This document shows, one piece after another, positions 27,561 to 40,100 of a stretch of 64,000 nt of DNA. The notes beneath the pieces were generated by a model. The model was given only the letters and a program-made list of their open reading frames with translations. It was not told the DNA's origin and searched no databases. Source of the stretch: Eledone cirrhosa (lineage: Eukaryota). Numbering within the stretch: position 1 is the stretch's first letter; each line of letters opens with the position of its first letter. The position numbers were made by a program, and so were the translations under genes. The DNA is taken from positions 45,756,001 through 45,820,000 of the forward strand of contig OZ024746.1 in assembly GCA_964016885.1 (NCBI GenBank), read 5' to 3'.

Positions 27561-27877
27561 TACATAAATATATATATATATATAAAAACAAATAACGAAA
27601 CGAAATTAAATTTCGTTTCGTTTGTAACTCACTTTTGTATGACTGACGCTTAAACAATTAAGTTAAAAATGTACATCCATATATGTATACTGAAATACTA
27701 GTATGTATATGAATACACACACGTATACATATGTAGATGCACCAAGTTTTTTCACTGGTCACTTTACTGTGAGTGGCCAGCTATTCTGTATGTAAACACA
27801 CAGACAAACCGGTTTTTAGAGTCATACTGGTTTTTGAGGAAACACCTTTCCTCTATTCTCCAGAAAGCCAGACAAGG

Positions 27878-27922
27878 AATATTGGACTAGTTTCGTTGTT
27901 GTTACAACTCATCAGCAATATT
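27878..27922 (-). ncRNA. Minimal type I hammerhead ribozyme
   Basis: Exact reverse complement of 28409-28453. Confidence 0.85.
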
Positions 27923-28408
27923 TACCTATCTTCCGGCCTCTCTAGAGAATCGTAAAAGCACATATCGTTATATGCAGACCAATTTGCATAGAGTGTGAGT
28001 AAGTACCGGTAAGGAAAGGTGTTTCCTCAAAAACCAGTATGACTCTAAAAACCGGTTTGTCTGTGTGTTTACATACAGAATAGCTGGCCACTCACAGTAA
28101 AGTGACCAGTGAAAAAACTTGGTGCATCTACATATGTATACGTGTGTGTATTCATATACATACTAGTATTTCAGTATACATATATGGATGTACATCTTTA
28201 ACTTAATTGTTTAAGCGTCAGTCATACAAAAGTGAGTTACAAACGAAACGAAATTTAATTTCGTTTCGTTATTTGTTTTTATCGTCTCCGTTGAACCGGT
28301 ACTTACTCACACTCTATGCAAATTGGTCTGCCCACTACTAATTTTCATAGAAAAAGCATATAACGATATGTGCTTTTACGATTCTCTAGAGAGGCCGGAA
28401 GATAGGTA

Positions 28409-28453
28409 AATATTGCTGATGAGTTGTAACAACAACGAAACTAGTCCAATATT
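28409..28453 (+). ncRNA. Minimal type I hammerhead ribozyme
   Basis: AATATTG-CTGATGA-GTTGT(AACA)ACAAC-GAAA-CTAG-TC^CAATATT: 7-bp stem I, 5-bp stem II, palindromic stem III ACTAGT, GUC triplet with predicted cleavage after 28446. Confidence 0.88.
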
Positions 28454-30839
28454 CCTTGTCTGGCTTTCTGGAGAATAGAGGAAAGGTGTTTCCTCAAAAA
28501 CCAGTATGACTCTAAAAACCGGTTTGTCTGTGTGTTTACATACAGAATAGCTGGCCACTCACAGTAAAGTGACCAGTGAAAAAACTTGGTGCATCTACAT
28601 ATGTATACGTGTGTGTATTCATATACATACTAGTATTTCAGTATACATATATGGATGTACATCTTTAACTTAATTGTTTATATATATATATATATATATA
28701 AACACACACACACCCACACACATATGTGACACGCGTACAAATATATATGTTCATACACAGAAATATATATACCTACACATATACAGACACATGTCTAACC
28801 CATGCTAGCATAGAAGATGGACATTAAACGATGTTGATGATGATGATGACGCACACATATATTGACAAGATATTGTGGTAACTGAAAACGAAATTGGGGA
28901 GAAAAGAATAGTATTATATTGGATTGGTAGATAGTAAAATGTCATGTTTGTGACAAACTGCTCTGAGTGATGCAGATAGCAGCTTGGTTTATTACCATTG
29001 CAAGAGAGACAGAGAAAATTACTACGATGCAAAGTGGTGCATTTATCGTGCATAAAATATTGTTATTTTAGAGAGAAGATAGTTATTAGAATTATATGAA
29101 TATGTATGTGGATTTTTGTTCATGGAATGGTGACAATCTTCTCACCATAAAACCTACACAAGTTGTAAATCAGAAAGCACCAATCCACTTAGTCAGTTAA
29201 GACTGAAAAATTATCTCCCTTGTGTTTTATAATCTAGCTATATGATGCCTTTCGAATAAAGGTAGAAATAACAAATACAAATATATAAGTTGTAATTCTG
29301 ATATAGAAGTCAAGTAAAAACCAACAGAATAGTTTCTGTGGTTACCTTTCCAATTTCTCTGCTACACTTTCACTATTTAAGTCTGGTGCTTTAAACAAGA
29401 TACTCTGAAATGCCTAGTTTGTCATTGAAATAGCTTGTGATTTAAAAGAAATAACAACCCCGCCTAAAACCTTGCAACTTATATTGATGCAGCATTCTCA
29501 TGCTAAATTTAGTGCAGAGATTGTAACCTTAAGACAGTGATTCTATAATCTAGCAGGGCACATTTCATAGAAATATCAGAGTGGAATGGTATCAATGTGA
29601 CAAGAAAGACTCCAGCACAAGTATATCATCTTCAGTGAATAAAATATACATATATATATATATATATATATAAAGGGAAGAAAAACATTTCTCTAATACT
29701 TCTTATTCTCTGTAATTTATACACTCTCTATTATTGTCATTACCATTTCAATGTCTATTTTCTTAGCTGGCACAGACTAGACAGATCTGTCAAATGATAC
29801 TTGGCAATATGACAAATGGAGAAATGGACATTGTACTGTCAGACCTGATCACACAATGTTTGATGTAACACTTAATACATAGACAAGTACAACTAAAGCA
29901 ATACTTTATAGTTGGATGTCCTGATACACTGAATGTACTTTACAGAGAAAGTCATACACATAAACATATAAACACACAATCCATTTCAGCAAAAAGTTAA
30001 GAGCATTTTTTATATTTATTTTGGTTTTCATTTATTCATATCTATTTTTTTTTTTCCTAACTTAATAGTAAAAATCACATTTTTTTTTTCTGTTTTAATA
30101 GGCATAACTAATATTGCTGCTACTTTCAGAGAACCTCAGTGATGATACAAAACATTATAAAGGAAATATTGTATGGTTTCAAATCTATAAATATTCTGCT
30201 TTTCATGTGTTCTGTGCTTTTAAAAATCTTAACTATAAAATGAAATCGAAGAGGAGTGGCTATTCCAGCATATCTCCCTCACCGTCCTCTGGGGCAATGT
30301 ATTCTCCATCCTGTCTGCCAAGACCAAGGGGTTGTGGGTAAGATAGTTGAAGGTGGAGGATACTCATTCGGATGTCACACATATACATACATACTCAACT
30401 ACTTACACAGCCTGTGGATCAAATTAGAAATTCAAAAGCTAGGAAAAGCTACAATTTGACGGAACTTCTTATATACCAATGCTGGAGTCATCAATTTTCA
30501 AAGAGATGACAACCACAACAGACGAGTTTTTTCTCATTAAACAAGTTCAAGTGTTGGATGTGTTTTCAAGAATCTTAACTATGAAACAAGATCAAGTCAT
30601 AATGAAAATATTTAACAATATAAAACAAAAGGTTGATAGAACCCTCCAGTTGTATCAAAGATATGACATCTCTAGTGCTGATGCCATAATAAAATGCATT
30701 TGGTAGAAAGCAGAATCATATGTAAGTGAGACGCGAACACCAAGTCTGTCTGAGAGGCCAGTAGTCCCACTTCAGTACAGACTCAATCCAGGAAGACCTG
30801 AAAGTGGATGTTAAATGATGATGATGATGATAAAACAAG

Positions 30840-31090
30840 TTTGAGTTTTACACTTTAAACAACCTTATGAATGGAACAAGATCAAAGACATCATCCATAT
30901 TTCAAACATATTGAAACAAATTTTAATTATGTTAATTATGGAATCAAATCAAAGACATAATCAATATTGTGAACATATTGAAACACATTTCAGTGTTACA
31001 CTTTAAAACATCCAAACTTTGAAATGGAATCAAATACATAATCCATATCTTAACATATTGAAACACGACTGTATGTTACACTTTCAAAAA
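30840..31090. repeat. Degenerate tandem repeat, ~70-80-bp unit, ~3 copies
   Basis: ATGGAA...AACATATTGAAACA recurs three times, with TTACACTTT. Confidence 0.6.
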
Positions 31091-32504
31091 TTCCTAATTG
31101 AAATCTGTATTATAACAAAACAATGTTATGGAAGTATTGGATTGGTCTACATAGACCAAGTTAGTTCTGAAGTGGGGCTACTGACTTCCCCGACAGGCCA
31201 AGGTTCTGCATCTCATTTACAAGTGGTCATACATTCTATTGAGTGCACAGGAGAAGTTGTCATGTTTTTTTACAGAAACAGAAGGGCCCTCCCAATCCCT
31301 TGTTTGGCAAACTTACTACGGCTGGACGTCCTTCCTAACTCCAATCATATTACAGAATACACTGAGTGCTTTCATCGTGTAGATCGCACGGACTAAAGAG
31401 GTTTAATGGATTAAAAATAAATCTTCACTACAATATTAAGACTAATGGACAGCCAGGTAAGGTTAATTAAAATATTACGTAATTTGATGAATAAATTAGT
31501 ATTAACTACCTATCATCAAATATGGAATTTTCAAACATTGTTTTTATTTCTTCCTTTAATTTTACATCTAATTTATTTCATGTTAGCTACGACAAGGTCT
31601 TTGTTTCTTTACTTATAGTCATGGATGTCTTGCTTGAGTTCATCTCTGTATGAGCATGAAGCAAGGCTTTCACATACTCTCAAGTCTTGAATAATCATTC
31701 CTATCACCCTGCTTATTAATTTTTGCTAATCTATCTCTGGCAAAATTTTATTGTAAGTGATTTATATTGATACACCACCTGGAGAATCTAATAATTTTAT
31801 TTTATATTAAAAAACATTATGTATGATAAAAGAAGAACATTACAGGAAATCCCATATTTACAAATGTACACTATACAATTACCGATTCCCCACCCCCCAG
31901 AATTTAAAGCAAATGTCCAAACCCCACTTATTCCATCTCCAGCCCCATTATTTGGGACCCAAGTGTACTAATCAAACATCGGTGTTATAAAGAATTATGT
32001 ATCCTGCCTAATAACTTAAACCTTATACCTACAGTATTTATGTATCAAATGTGTATATCAGAATGTTTGCCCATGTTTCACCATAAACCCCTATATGTTT
32101 TATATTTGAACCTTGATTTTTTTTATTGAATAAAAAATAAGCAAAAATATAATTTTTATATATTTGTCATTCCAAAACATTTTTATATTTATAGATTTTA
32201 TATAATCCTTTATGAGCTTAGGGCCTCAAAAGGACTTAATCTGGTCTTAAGACTATAGGCTGGTGGAACAGGTAAGGATAAAGAAAATTGCAAATTTTGG
32301 CAATAATATCTAGCAATATCAAAAATTCATGCAAAACTGGTGGGATTTCAAATCATGCAACCCTCCTCTTATTCTTTCTATTGTTTTAATATACAAAAAA
32401 AAAAAAAATTCCTGATTTTTAAAATTTGAATACCAGTCATTTAGAATCTGCAAATCAATTATTTCTATGAAAATTTTGTTGGGGGTTTTTGTTTTGCTCT
32501 TTAA

Positions 32505-32714
32505 CCCTTTAGCATTTAAACCGGCAGTATCTGGCCAGAATTCTCTCACCTCTTCTGTTCAAACTGGCTGTAACTGGCCACTCATACTGATGTTAATTAT
32601 TATTCTCAAAATAAATAGTATCAAAATCTCATAGATTGTGAGATGATTATGTGAGGTAAAGCCTTTACCATGAAAATATAATAGTAAATATACAGTAAAG
32701 TAAATGCTAAAGGG
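32505..32714. mobile_element. piggyBac-like MITE
   Basis: Perfect 14-bp TIR CCCTTTAGCATTTA; TTAA on the left, TTAC on the right. Confidence 0.8.
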
Positions 32715-32911
32715 TTACATTGTTTTTATAGTGTTGGAGTTTTCTGGGCACCCATCAACAGATAAATCTAGCATAAATCAGTATCAACCGGCAACATGAA
32801 GTGCTTACATGTGAATAACACATTTTACTCTGAAGCTTAAGTTATTGTAAGTTGAATGATATTGCTGATGACAATCCTTAATAATTTGTAGGTTTTGCAT
32901 AGTATAATATA

Positions 32912-33320
32912 TCATCATCATCATTTTTATTTTCATTTTCCAACGCTTGCATGGGTTGGACAGGTCCTTCTCTGCACAGTATCTTTCCACTCGTCGTGTT
33001 GCTTTGTCATCTCCTCTAAGTCTCAGTAATTTGAGGTCAGCTCTCACAACCTCTGCTCAAGTCTTTCTTGGTCTTCCTCTACTGTGGCTTCCTTCCACTG
33101 GGATTTCCTGGCATTTCTTTATCCAACGGTCATTGTCCATGTGCATCATATGTCCATATCGACGCAGTCTTCTCTCTTGCACACCACCTCAAACTCCTCT
33201 TACATCCAGCTTCTCCCTCAGCTCATCAAAGCTCTGCCTTTCTCTCACACTTATGTGTTGCTTCATTTTTCTCCAGTCTATGCATGTCCTCTGCAGTCAC
33301 AGCCCATGCTTCGCTACCAT
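32912..33320 (-). mobile_element. RTE-clade LINE 3' fragment
   Basis: Same family as 3530-3870; GAT tail at 32912. Confidence 0.75.
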
Positions 33321-33394
33321 ATAATTGAAGCTTTTAGTGTGTGTTGCTGTTTAGATTTATTGTTTCATTGTTGTTGTTTTCATGAAGTTTGATT

Positions 33395-33950
33395 GTTTTG
33401 ACTGGCATTTGATATAGACAACTGGGAGGAAATAGCTCTAAATAGGGCTGAGTGGAGAAAGCACATAAGAGGCAGTCACAAAACTTTTGAAGAATGTAGC
33501 CTAGAACATAAACAACTGAAGCATCAGCTCCGGAAGGGTTATGCTCACAGTCTTAATGAAGACATCGGTGGTTGGACATGCAAATTCTGTCAACGTGTGC
33601 TCCTCTCAAAAGCTGGTTATGTTAATCACCTGAAGTCACATGACAGAACAACCGCCTGCAACACCACTCAACAAAGACCTGGTGAAACAATGTGTGTGAT
33701 ATACAACAAAGTGTGTAGAACTAGTTCCAGGCTAAAATGTACAGAGTGGTGCATAAAGATTGTATCCCACAAAATAACCCCACCAATTTTGTGGCAAGCA
33801 CAATTCTCTTCTGTCATCTGTTTCGTAAACCATGCAGATCTACTGCTGGTCTACAAAGTTATCTACAATGTCATGGACGCAGATGGGATGAAAATAAAGA
33901 ATCAATAAGAGATGACAATCATCTGTGAAGACACTGGACCCTCATGTATG
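33395..33950 (+). mobile_element. RTE/BovB-type LINE 3' end with C-terminal C2H2 remnants
   Basis: Translates to DIDNWEEIALNRAEWRK and TCKFCQRVLLSKAGYVNHLKSH, followed by decayed fingers. Confidence 0.65.
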
Positions 33951-34101
33951 CATAACTGGAGCATATTTGAGCAAAGTCATACCAGCCACAACAAACCTGT
34001 CCTTTAAAAAGTATATCTAGGATTAGATTATTCTGTGTCTCTTTAAGATGGTAGGGTATGATTTAGATCCTATTTCTCACAGGCTCAGCAACCATGTAGA
34101 G

Positions 34102-37100
34102 CAGGTCCAACAACCTTTTGGGGAGTGCTTGCCACATACCTATACAGTGTCTTGTTGGTGGGCCACATAGCTTTACAGTGTATTGTCAGTGGGCCACATA
34201 GCTATACAGTGCCTTATGAGTGGGCTGCATAGCTATACAGTGTCTTGTTGGTGGGCCACATAGCTTTACAGTGTCTTGTCAGTGGGCCACATAGCTATAC
34301 AGTGTCTTGTCAGTAGGCTACATAGCTATACAGTGTCTTGTTGGTGTGTCACATAGCTATACAGTGTCTTGTCAGTGGGCCACATAGCTATACAGTGTCT
34401 TGTGAGTGGGCTGCATAGCTATACAGTGTCTTGTCAGTGGGCCACATGGCATTACAGTGTCTTGTCAGTAGGCCACATAGCTATACAGTGTCTTGTTGGT
34501 GGGTCACATAGCAATACAGTGTCTTGTCAGTGGGTCACATAGCTATACAGTGTCTTGTTGGCAGGCCACATAGCTATGCAGTGTCTTGTTGGTGGGCACA
34601 TAGCTATACAGTGTCTTGTTGGTGGGCCACATAGCTATACAGTGTCTTGTCAGTGGGCCACATAGCTATACAGTGTCTTGTCAGTGGGTCACATAGATAT
34701 ACAGTGTCTTGTCAGTGGGCCACATAGCTATACAGTGTCTTGTCAGTGGGCCATATCGCTATACAGTGTCTTGTCAGTCGGCCACATAGCTATACAGTGT
34801 CTTGTTGGTGGGTCACATAGCTATACAGTGTCTTGTTGGTGGGTCACATAGCTATACAGTGTCTTGTTGGTGGGTCACATAGCTATACAGTGTCTTATTG
34901 GTGGGCCACATAGTTATCCAGTGTCTTGTCAGTGGGTCACATAGCTATACAGTGTCTTGTTGGCAGGCCACATAGCTATACAGTGTCTTGTTGGTGGGTC
35001 ACATAGCTATACAGTGTCTTGTTGGTGGGTCACATAGTTATACAGTGTCTTGTCAGTGGGCCACATAGCTATACAGTGTCTTGTCAGAGGGTCACATAGC
35101 TATACAGTGTCTTGTCAGTGGGCCACATAGATATAGTGTCTTGTTGGTGGGCCACATAGCTATACAGTGTCTTGTCAGTGGGCCAGATAGCTATACAGTG
35201 TCTTATTGGTGGCCACATAGCTATAGAGTGTCTTGTTGGTGGGCCACATGGCATTACAGTGTCTTGTCAGTGGGTCACATAGCTATACAGTCTCTTGTTG
35301 GTGGGCACATAGCTATACAGTGTCTTGTTGGTGGGTCACATAGCTATACAGTGTCTTGTCAGTGGGCCACATAGCATTACAGTGTCTTGTTAGTGGGTCA
35401 CATAGCTATACAGTCTCTTGTTGGTGGGCACACAGATATACAATGTCTTGTTGGCAGGCCACATGGCTATACAGTGTCTTGTTGGTGGGTCACATAGCTA
35501 TACAGTGTCTTGTTGGTGGGTTACATAGCTATACAGTGTCTTGTTGGTGGGCCACATAGCTATACAGTGTCTTGTCAGTGGGCCACATAGCTATACAGTG
35601 TCTTCTCAGTGGGCCACATAGCTATACAGTGTCTTGTTGGCAGGCCACATAGCTATACAGTGTCTTGTTGGTGGTTCACATAGCTATACAGTGTCTTGTT
35701 GGTGGGCCACATAGCTATACAGTGTCTTGTCAGTGGGTCACATAGCTATACAGTGTCTTGTTGGCAGGCCACATAGCTATACAGTGTCTTGTCCTGTGGG
35801 CCACATAGCTATACAGTGTCTTGTCAGTGGGACACATATCTATACAGTGTCTTGTCAGTGGGTCACATAGCTATACAGTGTCTTGTTGGTGGGCCACATA
35901 GCTATACAGTGTCTTGTTGGCAGGCCACATAGCTATACAGTGTCTTGTCAGTGGGACACATAGCTATACAGTGTCTTGTTGGTGGGCCACATAGCTATAC
36001 AGTGTCTTGTTGGTGTGCCACATAGCTATACAGTGTCTTGTCCTGTGGGCCACATAGCTATACAGTGTCTTGTCAGTGGGACACATAGCTATACAGTGTC
36101 TTGTTGGTGGGCCGCATAGCTATACAGTGTCTTGTTGGTGTGCCACATAGCTACACAGTGTCTTGTCCTGTGGGCCACATAGCTATACAGTGTCTTGTCA
36201 GTGGGTCACATAGCTATACAGTGTCTTGTTGGCAGGCCACATAGCTATACAGTGTCTTGTTGGTGTGCCACATATCTATACAGTGACTTGTTAGCAGGCC
36301 ACATAGCTATACAGTGTCTTGTTGGTGTGCCACATAGTTATACAGTGTCTTGTCAGTGGGCCACATAGCTATACAGTGTCTTGTTGGTGGGCCACATAGC
36401 TATACAGTGTCTTGTTGGTGTGCCACATATCTATACAGTGACTTGTTAGCAGGCCACATAGCTATACAGTGTCTTGTTGGTGTGCCACATAGTTATACAG
36501 TGTCTTGTCAGTGGGCCACATAGCTATACAGTGTCTTGTCAGTGGGCCACATAGCTATACAGTGTCTTGTCAGTGGGTCACATAGCTATACAGTGTCTTG
36601 TCAGTGGGCCACATAGCTATACAGTGTCTTGTTGGTGTGCCACATATCTATACAGTAACTTGTTAGCAGGCCACATAGCTATACAGTGTCTTGTCCTGTG
36701 GGCCACATAGCTATTCAGTGTCTTGTCAGTGGGCCACATAGCTATACATTGTCTTGTTGGTGTGCCACATAGCTATACAGTGTCTTGTTGGTGGCCACAT
36801 AGCTATACAGTGTCTTGTTGGTGGGTCACATAGCTATACAGTGTCTTGTCAGTGGGCCACATAGCTATACAGTGTCTTGTCAGTGGGCCACATAACTATA
36901 CAGTGTCTTGTCAGTGGGCCACATAACTATACAGTGTCTTGTCAGTGGGCCACATAGCTATTCAGTGTCTTGTCAGTGGGCCACATAGCTATACAGTGTC
37001 TTGTGGGTGTGCCACATAACTATACAGTGTCTTGTTGGTGGGCCACAGAGCTATACAGTGTCTTGTTGGTGGGCCACATAGCTATACAGTGTCTTGTCAG

Positions 37101-40100
37101 TGGGCCACATAGCTATAGTGTCTTGTTGGTGGGCCACATGGCATTACAGTGTCTTGTCAGTGGGCCACATAGCTATACAGTGTCTTGTTGGTGGCCACAT
37201 AGTTATACAGTGTCTTGTTGGCAGGCTACATAGCTATACAGTGCCTTGCCAGTGGGTCACATAGCTATACAGTGTCTTGTTGGTGGGCCACATAGCTATG
37301 CAGTGTCTTGTTGGTGGGCCACATAGCTATACAGTGTCTTGTTGGTGGGCCACATAGCTATACAGTGTCTTGTTGGTGGGTCACATAGCTATACAGTGTC
37401 TTGTCAGTGGGCCACATAGCTATAGTGTCTTGTTGGTGGGCCACATGGCATTACAGTGTGTTGTCAGTTGGCCACATAGCTATACAGTGTCTTGTTGGTG
37501 GGGCACATAGCTATACAGTGTCTTGTCAGTGGGCCACATAGCATTACAGTGTCTTGTCAGTGGGTCACATAGCTATACAGTGTCTTGTTGGTGTGTCACA
37601 TAGCTATACAGTGTCTTGTCAGTGGGCCACATAGCTATTCAGTGTCTTGTCAGTGGGCCACATAGCTATACAGTGTCTTGTCAGTAGGTCACATAGCTAT
37701 ACAGTGTCTTGTCAGTGGGTCACATAGCTATTCAGTTTCTTGTTGGCAGGCCACATAGCTATGCAGTGTCTTGTTGGTGGATACATAGCTATACAGTGTC
37801 TTGTTGGTGGGGTACATAGCTATTTACTGTCTTGTCAGTGGGCCACATGGCATTACAGTGTCTTGTTGGTGGTCACATAGCAATACAGTGTCTTGTTGGC
37901 AGGCCAGATAGCTATGCAGTGTCTTGTTGATGGGTCACATAGCTATGCAGTGTCTTGTTGGTGGGTCACATAGCTATACAGTGTCTTGTCAGTGGGCCAC
38001 ATAGCTATACAGTGTCTTGTTGATGGGTACATAGCTATACAGTGTCTTGTTCGTGGGTCACATAGCTATTCAGTGTCTTGTTGGCAGGCCACATAGCTAT
38101 GCAGTGTCTTGTTGGTGGATACATAGCTATACAGTGTCTTGTTGGTGGGGTACATAGCTATGCAGTGTCTTGTCAGTGGGCCACATGGTATTACAGTGTC
38201 TTGTTGGTGGGCACGTAGCTATACAGTGTCTTGTTGGTAGGCCAAATAGCTATGCAGTGTCTTGTTGGTGGTCACATAGCAATACAGTGTCTTGTTGGCA
38301 GGCCACATAGCTATGCAGTGTCTTGTTGGTGGGTCACGTAGCTATACAGTGTCTTGTCGGTGGGCCACATAGCTATAGTGTCTTGTTGGTGGGTCACATA
38401 GCTATACAGTGTCTTGTCAGTGGACCACGTAGCTATACAGTGTCTTGTCGGTGGGCCACATAGCTATAGTGTCTTGTTGGTGGGCCACATAGCATTACAG
38501 TGTCTTGTCAGTGGGCCACATAGCTATACAGTGTCTTGTTAGTGGGCCACATAGCCATACAGTGTCTTGTTGGTGGGCCACATAGCTATACAGTGTCTTG
38601 TCAGTGGGTCACATAGCTATACAGTGTCTTGTTGGTGTGCCACATAGCTATACAGTGTCTTGTCAGTGGGTCACATAGCTATACAGTGTCTTGTTGGCAG
38701 GCCACATAACTATACAGTGTCTTGTTGGTGGGCCACATAGCTATACAGTGTCTTGTTGGTGGTTCACATAGCTATACAGTGTCTTGTCAGAGGGCCACAT
38801 AGCTATGCAGTGTCTTGTTGGTGGGCCACATAGCTATATAGTGTCTTGTCGGTGGGCCACATAGCTATAGTGTCTTGTTGGTGGGTCACACAGCTATACA
38901 GTGTCTTGTTGGCAGGCCACATAGCTATACAGTGTCTTGTTGGTGGGCCACATAGCTATACAGTGTCTTGTCAGTGGACCACATAGCTATACATTGTCTT
39001 GTTGGTGGGCCACATAGCCATACAGTGTCTTGTCAGTGGACCACATAGCTATACATTGTCTTGTTGGTGGGCCACATAGCCATACAGTGTCTTGTTTGTG
39101 GGTCACATAGCTATACAGTGTTTTGTCAGTGGGCCACATAGCTTTACAGTGTCTTGTTGGTGGGCACATATCTATACAGTGTCTTGTTGGTGGGCCACAT
39201 GGCATTACAGTGTCTTGTCAGTGGACCACATAGCTATACAGTGTCTTGTTGGTGGGTACATAGCTATACAGTGTCTTGTTCGTGGGTCACATAGCTATTC
39301 AGTTTCTTGTTAGCAGGCCACATAGCTATGCAGTGTCTTGTTGGTGGATACATAGCTATACAGTGTCTTGTTGGTGGAGTACATAGCTATGCAGTGTCTG
39401 TCAGTGGGCCACATGGTATTACAGTGTCTTGTTGGTGGGCACCTAGCTATACAGTGTCTTGTTGGTAGGTCACATAGCTATGCAGTGTCTTGTTGGTGGG
39501 TCACATAGCTATGCAGTGTCTTGTCAGTGGGCCACATAGCTATACAGTGTCTTGTTGATGGGTACATAGCTATACAGTGTCTTGTTCGTGGGTCACATAG
39601 CTATTCAGTGTCTTGTTGGCAGGCCACATAGCTATGCAGTGTCTTGTTGGTGGATACATAGCTATACAGTGTCTTGTTGGTGCGGTACATAGCTATGCAG
39701 TGTCTTGTCAGTGGGCCACATGGTATTACAGTGTCTTGTTGGTGGGCACGTAGCTATACAGTGTCTTGTTGGTAGGCCACATAGCTATGCAGTGTCTTGT
39801 TGGTGGTCACATAGCAAAACAGTGTCTTGTTGGCAGGCCACATAGCTATGCAGTGTCTTGTTGGTGGGTCCCATAGCTATGCAGTGTCTTGTTGGTGGGT
39901 CACATAGCTATGCAGTGTCTTGTCAGTGGGCCACATAGCTATACAGTGTCTTGTTGGTGGGGCTACATAGCTATACAGTGTCTGGTCAGTGGGTCACATA
40001 GCTATACAGTGTCTGGTCTGTGGGTCACATAGCTATACAGTGTCTTGTCCTGTGGGCCACATAGCTATACAGTGTCTTGTCAGTGGGTCACATAGCTATA

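Larger units (their letters stand above)
27583..28680. mobile_element. Non-autonomous retrozyme-/Penelope-like element: inverted monomer plus 1.4 tandem copies of a 467-nt unit
   Basis: 27583-28010 is inverted relative to 28012-28680; AGGAAAGGTGTTTCC recurs at 28012 and 28479; no credible ORF; (TA)n on both sides. Confidence 0.85.

Noticed and set aside
27773-28558. Identical 60-aa ORFs on opposite strands
   Set aside because: A consequence of the inverted repeat; GTG start, antisense to the hammerhead, no recognisable motif.
29346-29404. Possible 59-nt minus-strand exon (CAG|...AAG|GTAAC)
   Set aside because: The open frame is phase 0 to phase 2 and does not fit the phase-1 junctions without further exons; no other support.
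33597-33928. Second host zinc-finger gene
   Set aside because: The fingers are frameshifted and follow RTE/BovB C-terminal motifs, so they belong to a LINE remnant.
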